Positions 21,621-33,300 of a stretch of 64,000 nucleotides of DNA are shown here, in pieces (position 1 is the stretch's first letter; each line of letters starts with the position of its first letter). A program made the position numbers and the translations under genes. The stretch comes from Setoptus koraiensis. Lineage: Eukaryota > Animalia > Arthropoda. The notes under the pieces are model-generated. The model was not told the DNA's origin. It did no database searches and was given only the letters and a program-made list of their open reading frames with translations. The stretch covers positions 20,150,001 through 20,214,000 of the forward strand of contig CM106585.1 of NCBI GenBank assembly GCA_048013815.1. Direction: 5' to 3'.

Positions 21621-23309
21621 ATGGATACATTCTTGGAATTATTCAAGAATAGGGATCAATTCCATAAGCCCGGTGAAAATTACAAAACTGATGGATATGT
21701 TACAACACCAAATACTATGGCTTTACTTGCCAAGCACCTGGAAATTACTGGTGGCCAAGTGAGAACTCGTTTCCCGCCCGAACCAAATGGTATACTACAT
21801 ATTGGTCATGCCAAGGCCATAAATATAAATTTTGGTTTTGCCAAGGCTCACAATGGTATTTGTTTCTTGAGATTCGATGACACAAATCCAGAGAAAGAAC
21901 GTGACGAATTTGTCCACTCCATAGCGGAAATGGTCAAATGGCTTGGTTACGAACCATATAAAACAACCTATTCATCAGACTATTTTGATCAATTGCATGC
22001 TTACGCCGTGGACCTAATCAAACGAGGCCATGCCTACGTGTGCCACCAAAAGCCGCATGAATTGAAAGGCTTCAATCCACCACCCTCCCCTTACAGAAGC
22101 AGGCCAATCGAGGAAAGTTTGGAGTTGTTCGAGGACATGAGACTAGGTAAAATTGATGAAGGCCAGGCTTGTTTGCGAATGAAATTCACCATGGATGAAG
22201 GAAAACAAGATCCGGTGGCTTACAGGATCAAGTTCATGCCGCACCATCGAACCGGTAGCAAGTGGTGCATCTATCCCACATACGATTTCGCGCATTGTCT
22301 CTGCGATTCGCTAGAAAATATCACCCATTCCCTCTGCACGAAAGAGTTTCAAAATCGTCGTAGTGCTTATTATTGGCTGTGTAACGCATTAGATATATAT
22401 TGTCCAGTTCAGTGGGAATACTCAAGACTTAATATTAACTACACAGTAGTGTCAAAGCGCAAACTTGCGCAACTCATAGAGAATAAGATAGTCTCCAACT
22501 GGGATGATCCAAGACTTTTCACACTGGAGGCTCTTCGTAGGAGAGGGTTCCCATCAAAGGCCATCAATAATTTTTGTGCTAAGATGGGAGTGACTGGTGC
22601 CAACGCCACAGTGGATCCGACGATGATTGAGGCCGAAGTCCGTGACTTCCTCAATATCAGTGCACCACGAGCAATGGCAGTGCTAGAACCGATAAAGGTG
22701 AACTTGGTTAACTTCGAGGAAGTTTTTGGTGCGAAATCTCAAGTCATAGAAGTGCCTGACTTTCCGGCTGATCCAGAGAACAGTGTAAAGCATAAACTCA
22801 CAATTACGCCAGTCATATACATAGATCGCTCGGATTTCAAAAACATCTCCATTGTTGATAAAAACTTTCGCCGTTTAACTTGCTCCCAACCCGTTGGTTT
22901 GAGATATATACATCTGGTTATAACTGTAAAAGATGTTGTTCTTGATGCTAACTCAGAAGTAACGGAACTCAACGTGGTTTGTGAAAAAGCAGATCAAGCT
23001 ACAAAACCTAAGGCGTTCATACAATGGGTATCAGAAAGTCTCAATTGTCAAGTGCGTGTATATGAAAGGCTTTTCAAGCATCCAAATCCAGAGGATCAGC
23101 CCAACGGAATGTTGTCAGATTGCGCCGACAACTCTCTCCGCGTCTATAATGGAGCGTTGGTTGATTATTCTCTGGCCGAATTCAAGCCCTTCAATGTATA
23201 TCAATTTGAGAGAATAGGATATTTCTGCATCGATCCTGAGAGCTCTGCTAATAACCTCATACTCAACCAGACTGTAAGTCTAAAAGAGGATAAGGGTAAA
23301 AGCAATTAG
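21621..23309 (+). CDS. QARS1: Glutaminyl-tRNA synthetase, 562 aa, lacking the eukaryotic N-terminal domain
   Basis: [75 protein letters not shown]; in-frame TGA 21 nt upstream. Confidence 0.96.
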   Translation: MDTFLELFKNRDQFHKPGENYKTDGYVTTPNTMALLAKHLEITGGQVRTRFPPEPNGILHIGHAKAININFGFAKAHNGICFLRFDDTNPEKERDEFVHSIAEMVKWLGYEPYKTTYSSDYFDQLHAYAVDLIKRGHAYVCHQKPHELKGFNPPPSPYRSRPIEESLELFEDMRLGKIDEGQACLRMKFTMDEGKQDPVAYRIKFMPHHRTGSKWCIYPTYDFAHCLCDSLENITHSLCTKEFQNRRSAYYWLCNALDIYCPVQWEYSRLNINYTVVSKRKLAQLIENKIVSNWDDPRLFTLEALRRRGFPSKAINNFCAKMGVTGANATVDPTMIEAEVRDFLNISAPRAMAVLEPIKVNLVNFEEVFGAKSQVIEVPDFPADPENSVKHKLTITPVIYIDRSDFKNISIVDKNFRRLTCSQPVGLRYIHLVITVKDVVLDANSEVTELNVVCEKADQATKPKAFIQWVSESLNCQVRVYERLFKHPNPEDQPNGMLSDCADNSLRVYNGALVDYSLAEFKPFNVYQFERIGYFCIDPESSANNLILNQTVSLKEDKGKSN

Positions 23310-23466
23310 GATTGACTGTACGATACGATCTTACAATTTTTCTATCAAAACTTTTAAGCTATATACATATATTCAGAAAAACAGATAATATTTTCGAGAG
23401 AAGTACTTATAATATTGCTATATTGCTGTACTCATGATTATAAACAATGTAATGTTACAAATAACT

Positions 23467-24363
23467 TCAAGCTTCTAAATCATACACGAATAACATTTCG
23501 GATTTTGATAAACCTGCATCCTCCAAAGATATTTCGCTATTCGGTTTTGTTGTTGAGTCTGAAAGTTTTGCGTAGTTCGTAGAGTTACTATTACAACTAA
23601 ATTGTGATAGAATAGAATTATCATCCTGCGTGGATGAAACGGGTGTTGTTGGCTCAGAGGACGATGGCGTGTTACTCAAAATAGATGACGAATTCGCCAT
23701 GCTAACTGGTATATTTCTTCCATTAGTTAATTGAGGCTCGTCTTCAAAATCATCTGGTAGTGGTGGGCGACCTGGCAATTCCCTTCTAGGAAAGTTAGTG
23801 GTAATCTGAAAATTTAGAGGAGCGTTGTGGTGGCCGAAAACGAACCAATATAGATATTTAACTGGATTGCTTTTATGAAACTTCCTAACTATTCTAGAAC
23901 CATCTGGTAGCTTTATGACGAGCCTGATAATATCATCGGTTGGCGTGTCGCTCATTGAAGGTTCTTTGGGAAGCCTATCTAGAATAGTCTTTTTCAATGT
24001 AAGTAATTTATTGCGTATCAATGCTTGTCTTTGTTCATTCTCTTTGCGCTCTCTTTCCTGGGCCTCACTCTGTCTGGCCTCCTCTAATCGTTTTCGTTCC
24101 TTCTCTCTATCGGCTTTCAATGACTGCTGATAGGCCTCATCCTGCTCTTGGCGTATCATATCACGCTCTTGTCTTTCGATTCTTGCTATCGTCTGATGAA
24201 TATCTTCGTCAGCTGCACTTGAGCCAGTTGTAGATCTATTGGTGGGTGGGTTAGATGCTGATGAGGATGATGAAGAATTTCTATAATACAAATAAGCCAA
24301 ACCGACACAAACAATTGTTATGAAAACGTTGAAAGGAGAAGATGTTATTGCGTCTAATATCAT
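23467..24363 (-). CDS. FAF2: FAF2/UBXD8-like UBX protein (N-terminal hydrophobic helix, coiled coil, UBX), 298 aa
   Basis: IRQEQDEAYQQSLKADREKERK, IKLPDGSRIVRKF, FQITTNFPRRELP, SLEDAGLSKSEMLFVYDL match the FAF2 C-terminal half; UBA and UAS domains not seen. Confidence 0.8.
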   Translation of the reverse strand: MILDAITSSPFNVFITIVCVGLAYLYYRNSSSSSSASNPPTNRSTTGSSAADEDIHQTIARIERQERDMIRQEQDEAYQQSLKADREKERKRLEEARQSEAQERERKENEQRQALIRNKLLTLKKTILDRLPKEPSMSDTPTDDIIRLVIKLPDGSRIVRKFHKSNPVKYLYWFVFGHHNAPLNFQITTNFPRRELPGRPPLPDDFEDEPQLTNGRNIPVSMANSSSILSNTPSSSEPTTPVSSTQDDNSILSQFSCNSNSTNYAKLSDSTTKPNSEISLEDAGLSKSEMLFVYDLEA

Positions 24364-24483
24364 CCTGATGACGAAAATACAATGACGCAGCTGATTAAAG
24401 ACTTATGCTGAAATAAATAGGTCTGTCTCTGATGAGCGTAATGCGTGATGCGTATGTATTATTTATCAAGTATAAATTGTTAA

Positions 24484-25250
24484 ATAAGGATCCTCCAAGG
24501 GATGTGAACATAATTATGATTTCAGGTTGATAAAAGGCATTGTAAATGCTCTGTTTTGTTTATTGTGATGCGGGTGTTGATGTGATGTATGTGAAACGAC
24601 GGATCGTATGTAGCCCCGACTGTGACACGTTTCTCAAGGGGGCGCTGTGAACACTTTCCAATCCACTACTGCTTCTGAAGCGTCCCGCTAAATGTTTTAT
24701 TTTTATTTTTCTTTCTTCGTCATCGTTTGATTTCGGCAACACACAATAGACAAGTTATCATCCTTTTGCAAAGGCACGAGAATAAACATACCGACTGACT
24801 GTAACGGCTACTAAATTTATATCTCATACCCGATTCATTGTATGCATAAGAACCGGTTATTCTTGATTGAGCTTGATATCACGGAAATGCTTCTATAGTT
24901 TTTAGCTCAACAAAGTTGTCAACAACAAGTACGAGAGACGAACACTGTTGGATAGACGGTGTGTTGCAGCCAATGCTCACTATTACACATCAGCTGAAAA
25001 ACAGTCTTTATGGCAATGTGATACCAATAAGCGCCACCTTCAGGTCATTAGTTGCTATCAAACAACTGTGAAATTCAATCTTATGCGAAAAATACATCAT
25101 GAAAGGTATCGATGAGTATTGATCGAATAGACTTTTATCTATTCAATCGATCAAAATCTTAACCTTCTGGTTACTAAGGATCGAGCTCCATGAAAATCGC
25201 GCAATTTAAAAGTCACAAAAGGCTCTAATCCGTATAGCTTGATCGGCTTA
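24484..25250. repeat. Left arm of an old degenerate inverted repeat (partner ~26720-27246)
   Basis: rc(24484-24790) aligns to 26935-27246 (e.g. ATAACTTGTCTATTGTGTGTTGCC; AAACAAAACAGAGCATTTACAATGCCTTT; TCAACCTGAAATCATAATTATGTTC); weaker anchors at 25031~26898 (AGGTGGCGCT) and 25250~26722 (GTAAGCC). Confidence 0.85.
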
Positions 25251-25829
25251 CTGGTGGACGTCATCTTTTGTCCGAAAGTTGCCAGCGTGATCGACAAATT
25301 GGTCATTTTCTCGTGAATCGAATGCAGAATGTACAGAGAAATAATCTCAGTGACCAGAGATCGATTCATAGAACAATTGGTCAGAGTTTGATGGTCTATC
25401 AGCTGGGTCGAGGCATGGCCGTCATTTGAACCCGATTCTACAACCAAGGACTTGGTGTCTATCACAATTGTTCAGAATGTTGGAGTTGAAAGTTTCAAGA
25501 GGCTCGCTCAGATTGCTATCCACGAGGACATGCACGTGTTCATACTGTATCCAATGTCGCTTTTTCTGCTAGGCCATTTGATGATGAGATTGATTTTGAG
25601 ATAACACAGAGAGTATTCAATACCTACAGCAAAAGAGGCCGACTGGAAACACACTCGAACAGTGAGAGAGGCCGAGTGAAATGGATCTCCCACTTTGATA
25701 TAGAAAATCTGTTCGAAATACGCGCTATTATACAAGTTCTCGATTCGGGATGATAGACTATTTGTTATTATTGGTCATCCAAAGTATTCTCACTACTGCC
25801 TTGAATCAAGGAAGGAGAAGTACCCTGTC

Positions 25830-26311
25830 GGATACACTGGACAGTCGATATTTACTGTATGTTTGGTCACACGCTCACACGGAAAGGATAAAAACATCAC
25901 GCCCTTGAAGAGGAGGATAGAACAACAATGGCCAATTTTCCACTCAACGTTCTGCCAGTCAAGACTGTATTTAGAGAGTTGACACCGTTACCTGTTCACT
26001 CACAATCAAAATCTCTATTCGATGAGGGACTTGTTCACCCTTGTGCTGACATGGAGCTTAACCTTCACGAATGCTACGAGGCTTACGGTGTTGTGAAAGG
26101 AGCAAGGAAATGCCAGGGTTTTGAAAATGACTTTGATGAGTGTCACAGGAAGATGAGGACGGAATATCGAACGTTTGCAATGGCCGTAGAGAGACATAAG
26201 AAAATTCTGAGTTTAGAGAAGAAAGCTAGTGAGCTTTATGTTCCCAAAATACCCGAAGATAGTTATACGTTTCAGACATTTATACCTTAAGGTTGAACTG
26301 TTATTAGTCGT
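25830..26311. repeat. Right arm of NDUFS5 inverted duplication (partner 20772-21253)
   Basis: Begins GGATACACTGGACAGTC, ends TTATTAGTCGT; ~99% identical to rc of partner. Confidence 0.96.
25928..26290 (+). CDS. NDUFS5: NDUFS5 copy B, protein identical to copy A
   Basis: Identical 120-aa translation. Confidence 0.88.
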   Translation: MANFPLNVLPVKTVFRELTPLPVHSQSKSLFDEGLVHPCADMELNLHECYEAYGVVKGARKCQGFENDFDECHRKMRTEYRTFAMAVERHKKILSLEKKASELYVPKIPEDSYTFQTFIP

Positions 26312-26719
26312 CGTTTGATGTTCATTGCGGCGCAGTTAATAAATTAGGAATCCCCTGATCTAAGGGTGAGAACCAGAAATGAAAACAATGATGAAATAAT
26401 AAAATTGGAGTAACTAGTCAGAGCGTCATACTCCCGATAATCTCTATTGTTCCAAAGTCAGCAAGTCTGTCTGTAGCAACTCAGTCAACGAGAGCATTCG
26501 TTGCCGATCCAGTTGCGTTATTGGATATACGTGAAATTTATGCATGTTGAGTATTATTTTATTTAATGATCTTTGGACTTAAACTTAATCTTGGCCCTGG
26601 CGTCCATTAGGTCGTTTGTTCCTGCTGTGCTTTCTCTTGCAACTGTTCGTACATTTAAAGCTTCACACACGGTTTACAATAAATTTGTACCAACAAAAGC
26701 ACATAACAACAGCGATTCT

Positions 26720-27246
26720 TTGTAAGCCTCGAATCAAAGTACGGAGAGTATCTTTAATATTGGCCAAAAACTGTCTGATTTCCAGCGCACGCAAGCCTGA
26801 GTTAAATCAAATCGATCGTTGACAATCATTGTGGTTCATGCTAGATTTCTCGAAAGAACGAAGATCCGCAATTGTCTGTTAGCATTTGATAACATGTAGG
26901 TGGCGCTCATCTATTTCAGAAATTCTTATGAGAATCAGGTTTATCTCTGTGCCTCTGCATGTGGATTATAACTTGTCTATTGTGTGTTGCCTGAATCAAT
27001 TGATGACGAAGAAAGAAAAAGAAAAAGAAAACATTTAGGACGATTCACAAGCAGTAGATGATCGTAGAAAAGTGCTCGCAGCGCTCCCTTGAGAAACTTC
27101 CCGTAGTCAGACTACATAAAATCCGTCGTTTCACACTCATCGCATCTACACTCGCATCACAGTAAACAAAACAGAGCATTTACAATGCCTTTCGTCAACC
27201 TGAAATCATAATTATGTTCGGGTCTCTCCTTGAGGATCTTTATTAT
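26720..27246. repeat. Right arm of old degenerate inverted repeat (partner ~24484-25250)
   Basis: See partner; ends ~50 bp before the JARID2-like ATG. Confidence 0.85.
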
Positions 27247-27293
27247 TCAAAGCTCAAATAACTATTCCCCATCTACTTACTCAAATATCACTT

Positions 27294-28086
27294 ATGAGCC
27301 CGCCGGCCAATAGTGATCGTCTTCGTCCAAGACGGAGGGCTTCTCAGACACATGTAAGTCCGTTACGAATCGGGACGAAAAAATCATACAAAATATTGTA
27401 CTGTAAAATATCTCAATGTTAAAATTTAAATCTCTCCCTAAATATCTCAGTTTTTTAGGTACCAGCAGGCTGCTAACCCGTTGCGTGCCGAAGGAGAGGA
27501 TCTCAAAAAAGCCCTCATTGCCTCTCTTCAGGATGGCTCAAAAAAGAAGAAGGGGGGCATAACCGTCCAAGAAACTAACACTGCCACAACTACTAAAGCC
27601 AAAAGGTATGCTGCACTAAGAAAATTTGCATCCAATCAAACTAGGCCCACAGCAACAACAACCACTACAACAACGAGTCCCTCAAAAAACTGCCCACCTA
27701 ATCACACGCACGACAGAACACCCACAGAATATTTCCCTAAAACTTATAAGCCAGATACAGAGGATTTCTTGAATTTTCTCTGTGTCAGATTGCCACCGCC
27801 CAAGTTCGGCAATTTCGAATACAGCACCTTAGCGGCAGCCATTACAGCACATGCCAGAGGCGACTATCTCAACAGGCTCTCCAGCAAGATAACTAACGAC
27901 AACTTAAAGAAAGATATGAAATCGACCTCTCTAGCCGATGAGATGAATAATTTAAATGAGGTTTCTAAAGGTGAACTAGCTGTGGATAAATATTTAATCA
28001 AAGGTCTCATGACTAGCGAATTTGCTGGTGCATTCGCCGATGAAGAAACTTTGTTCGATCTGGTAACAACCAACGGTACAAAGTAA
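27294..28086 (+). CDS. JARID2: JARID2 N-terminal (PRC2-binding) region only; exons 27294-27353 and 27451-28086, ~231 aa
   Basis: Exon 1 ends CAT|GTAAGT; acceptor TCTCAG at 27450 keeps frame. EGEDLKKALIASLQD (UIM), KRYAALRKFASNQ (human RLQAQRK116FAQSQ), KPDTEDFLNFLCVR (human KPKTEDFLTFLCLR). Exon-1 model is less certain than the main ORF. Confidence 0.8.
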
Positions 28087-28380
28087 CAATAGAAGCTGGA
28101 TCTTCCATAAAGAAACTCAGGATTCTTGTATTTTTTGGTAAAACTCTCTTTCAAAGTCAACTTCAATGATTTAACATCAATTTGTAACGTTTGTATCCTA
28201 GACTATGGCCACAACAACATTGTCCATACATATCTAGAAAATTTAGTATCTCAAACAATGTAATGATATAAACATGTCCGTATTTATGAGTTTGTATATA
28301 GTTTGCGCTTTTCCCGGTTATCTTTAGACTCATTTCTGCTTTCGGTAAAGACTGTTGGAATACAGTAGATCTTAGTTTAA

Positions 28381-29616
28381 TTAAGGTTTGTAATTGAATG
28401 GGGTTCCCAATCTGTTATGCTCATGCTGGTCATAATAAGTTATACCTCTGATCTTAGACTCGAGGGGATTGAGATATACATCAGTATACAATTCTTCAAC
28501 TCCAATCTCCGGATCAGATTTGGCTTGGGTAGTGGCCACATCTACTTCCTTTCTGACTTCATTCTCAATATCCTTGAGTTCCTCTGCTGTTGCAAGAGAC
28601 GATTTTATCAATTTATCTTTGAAGGACGTAATGGGGTCTCTGAGTTGCCTAACTTCTTGAATTTCGTCTCTTGTTCTGTAGCTAGTTCCAGGATCTGACA
28701 TAGAATGACCAAAATAACGATAAGTGGCCATCTCCATCACGAGAGGACCTTTTCCCTGTCTACAATAGTCTGCCGCCCACTTGGTGGCCTCACGGACAGC
28801 CAATACGTCCATACCGTCTACCCAGATACCTGGTATGTAGTCTCCTCTAGTAAAGTAATCCGTGCTTGCGGCAGCTCTCTCAGCGCTGGTTCCCATACCG
28901 AACCCATTGTTTTCACAAACGAATATAGCAGGTAGATTCCACAATTTGGCCATATTGAAAACCTCAAAGATTTGCCCTTGATTCGCTGCACCATCACCAA
29001 AGAGCGATATGCATACATCGTCCCTATTAGCGTATTTGAGACCAAGAGCGATACCGGCACCAACTGGTACTTGCGCACCAACAATACCATTACCACCTGA
29101 GAAAATGGATGGATCAAGATTAGTATGAGTTTAAACTTAAATATTAAACAGCTATAATCAGATCTTCAAAGTTCCAAACATACCATATAATCCTGGCCCA
29201 TATAGATGCATAGATCCACCCTTGCCTCTTGTAGTACCTGTGGACCTTCCCGTGAGTTCTGACAGGATCTGTCTAACAGTGGAGCCTCTTACGTAAGCCC
29301 AGCCGTGGACTCTGTAAGCTGTGATGATTTCGTCTGTCTTACGGATGGCACTCTCCATACCGACAGCCACTGCCTCTTGGCCAGCATATAGATGACAAAA
29401 ACCTCTGATAATCTTTTCTTTGTAAAGGCTGTTAGCCGAGGCCTCCAAGCGCCTGATGGTCACCATTTGTTGAAAAATTTTAAGGCCTTCATCCCTGGTG
29501 ACCGTGACCTCTGTTGCCGGTCCTTGTACACCCTCAAGTTTGTGCAATTTGAATGGTTTGCAACTCTGAGTAGCCGAGGAGCAGAGTCCTCGCGATATAT
29601 TTCTGAGTGTGATCAT
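28381..29616 (-). CDS. PDHA1: Pyruvate dehydrogenase E1 alpha, 2 exons (29616-29184, 29096-28381), 382 aa
   Basis: [24 protein letters not shown]|[10 protein letters not shown] across an 87-nt phase-1 GT-AG intron, [26 protein letters not shown]. Confidence 0.97.
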
Positions 29617-30371
29617 GGTGGATAAATTGTGAGATATTTGTTATGGTTCTACAGATAAATGAATAGACAAGATCCCGAATAGTCTAAGCTAATTGAAAAA
29701 CAAAAGAAGATTGTGTAGGTCGGACCAGATATGAACTTATGTCAGGATATTGAGTGAGATACATTTACACGTAAATGTGTGTAGTATTACATAACGCATG
29801 CGCTCGTGTCGCAATACAAAAGGTGAGCGCTCACTTTGAATACAGTAGTTGCTATTTGTGTATCATGTGTTCATTGCACGCATGTGCACTTTCGTTTTCA
29901 TGTTATCACGGTGCTACAATAAAGTGCGTGTAATGTTTTAGTGCTGAAATATACTCGAGAGGGCGCTTCTGAACTCATGGACTGGTGACATGACTACGGA
30001 AAAAACAGCTAAGCAACACGAAGGCGTCGTCTGGTGGACAATTTTCGAGACATTTACCGTGCAACATCTTGTCGAGGCGGGTGCACTTGAATTTTTTACG
30101 GCGCGCTCTTTTGCACATCTGCGTTCGCTCAATAGTTCGGCACAAACAAACAAATCAACAACAATAACACGAGTTTTCGCCACGTTTCGGGCCCCAAATT
30201 AGATTGGTTCCATCGATGTATTATTAGTAATATAATTCAAATGATTCTGATTGTTCGTAAAATTGTATAATTTATTTATCCATTGCATCCATTATTACTG
30301 TTCACATGAACAAAAGAATCCCCTAATGTTGTCTATATATCACTTACAACGAGTTAGACATAGGCCATCAA
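29617..30371. promoter_or_regulatory. Probable divergent promoter region between PDHA1 and NDST
   Basis: Head-to-head genes 755 bp apart; no specific element identified. Confidence 0.4.
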
Positions 30372-33300
30372 ATGATTAGATTAAGCCTGTTAAATATAGT
30401 CATCAAACCAAAAAAGTTTCACCTACTACTGATATTATCCGTTTGGTGTTTTATTGTTATCCTACTAGCCATCAATAGCAACAGAAAGACAGAGCTACTG
30501 CAGCGGTCAGCGATCGATCTTCCAATATCAAGTCAGACCAATGGCGACATCGATGACGACAAACGATTGTCCGCCTCGAACTCTGCTCAGGTGGTCAAAA
30601 AAACACATGATAATAATAATCAGAACCCGTCGGAGGAGGCCTTAGACAAACAACCGAAGAGTGTTGTGAACAACGAGAAGAAAAATGTAGCCCAAGCCAT
30701 CTTTCCAATGTTTGCACCCGTCAATCCAAACCGTCCGTCCCTCAATTCTAATTTTTATCCATCGCAGTCATCATCCTCGTTTGACCCTCTCAATGTGATG
30801 AGGGGCCGAAGATCTAGTAGCGCATCTTCCTCTGCTAATTTTCACAATATGATTGATCGTCTCAACATGAGAGTATTGATATTAATCATAGTAAACGAAG
30901 AAAAGAGCAACTCGATAGAGCAAAGAAACAGCAACAACAATAATCTACATATTAGTCGTAACGTAAAACTAATTATTGACACTTTAGAATCAGATCATAT
31001 AGATTTCACCATAGATAGCACCCGTAATGGTATGCCAAATTCCTTATTGGCCAGTCATTCATCTATTGATGGACATGACAAGGCCGGCCTTCAATATCCT
31101 GTGATAATCATTGACGATCTCCTGAAATACGCCACACTTAATAGATGGCTCAAGGATCAATTAGATCGACACTGCCGAACGCATAACATAGGCATTATTG
31201 CTTTCTTTGATTTCAAAAATCCACCAAATAGTCGTTGGCAACACAGTGACAAGTCTTCCACATTAATTGAGGGATTTCCACTTTACTACAGGCGAGTATC
31301 TGAGTTACAATTGCATGACTATCGTCTCAACAGCAGATCAGCTATACCTAGAATACTAAAAACAAACCCCGACTTGGTGATGCAAGGTTGTGTCTCGCCA
31401 AATATAGACCACTCGCCGTGGTTTGCAATGTTCAGTGATCATCCAACTTATGAATCTGTTAGTTATGCTCGACTGGTGGCCAAAACAACTAGAGATAGAC
31501 AATCAGCAACTAGTAATTTTACAAGCAAACGAAAGAGAACAGATTCATTATCTAGAGCAAAAAGTAATAAGTATAGTCATGGTGATACAATCAAAAGACG
31601 CCAATCTAAAAGAGCCGCTACCACCCACAAGACCAGATACATCAATTTAGATTACTCTAGAGAATCCAATGAGATAGAAATATCCAACAATAGTTCAGCT
31701 ACTTTATCAAATACCAACGATATATATAGTGGAAATGTGATGGTTGATTTAGCGACCTTGGTCATGGCTGATCATGGGCTGTACGATGGTATTAGGCGTG
31801 TGATATTTGGTGGTGGCATTAATTTCTGGTATCACAGAGCTCTACTACTAGATGCTGTAGGTCATCTGTCAAATGGAAAAATCATATCTAGTCTAGATAG
31901 ATATATACAAATCGACATAGATGATATATTTGTTGGCGAGGTGGGCACCCGAATGAAATTGGATGATGTTGAGGAGCTGATTGAGGCACAGCGTCAGTTT
32001 GGCCTAGTGATCGATGGTGGCTTCAAGTTCAATTTGGGCTACTCGGGAAAATATTTTCTTCGTGGCGATGAGCTAGAGGACGAGGGCGACAGGCTACTAA
32101 TCAAATCAGCTAATGAATTCAATTGGTTTTGTCATTCGTGGAGCCACAGCAAGGCTCATCTGAGCGACGATTCTAGTCGCATCGAGCGAGAATTGATGCT
32201 AAATCAACAATTTGGCAAGAGATACAATTTGCCCATAATACAAATCAACAACAGCAACGAGGAAGAATCGCTTCATGCGTCGTCTGGCTTCCGCTATCAC
32301 CACCAGCCTTCAAACAGATTGGGGACACCAACGAGACTAGAGCAAGCATTAGCACAAAATTATGATTCGACTCACGAATCTGATGAGTATATCGAGACTG
32401 GTAATGGCAAAAAAGTGAATGAATTAGGTAGCGATGCCGAAACTTCTAGCTCACAGTTCACCTCTAGTTCAGTGAAGTCAATCATATTGAGTGATTTGGC
32501 TCATTATGGTGGCGATTATTCACCATCAATCGATGTTGACACTGCCAGCCAACAACATTCAAACAAATCGATGCCCAAAATTACTGGCACTAGCAATAAT
32601 AGTAATGATAGGAAGATAAACACCATGGTTGACCTGTCACAGCAGCAGAGACAACATGAAAAGAAACAGCAAAAAGAAGCGATCCGTCCGAGCGGAACTT
32701 ATTCGGTTGCTCCACATCATTCTGGAGGTGAGTAAATCTACTGTCGCAGACATAATCAAATTCTATCTACCGCTTTATGTTTGCGATGCATCCGCAACAT
32801 AGTTTGAATTGTGGGCGTCTAGGGTGTCGGAACTAACGGTTTTATTTAGGTTTATAGGCGTGTAATAGCAGTATTTATTTTATCGATCACGCTTGGCGTA
32901 GATTATCGCACAATTTTAATCATTCATAACTGTTTTCCATGTAGCTGTTTCGTTGGAACTGCCACAAATAATACAACACACATATTGGTACAGATAATAG
33001 AATTGGACTTTGAATCTCTTGACGTTGCCAAGTCATCAACCAGAATGCTGCTGACTGGTTGTTGTTGATCGTTTGTTTGTTTGTTGTTGTCTAGAGACCA
33101 TCAACAATAGTGTGTCCTATTCCTATGACTAGTGCTGGCCAAGATGATTTAAAAGAAATAAAGTAGACGATCCAGTGTATTATTGTCACCCTGTTGCCTG
33201 ATCTAGTTATATCCATTAGTGACACACGGACACATTTACAAAATGATTGATGAGAATGTGCGTTGTTTCACGTAGTCGCATCGCGTTCACAGTTAGTTAT

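Noticed and set aside
21621-23309. Horizontal bacterial origin of the short intronless GlnRS
   Set aside because: Retains the eukaryotic [10 protein letters not shown] linker and animal-type sequence; better explained by domain loss.
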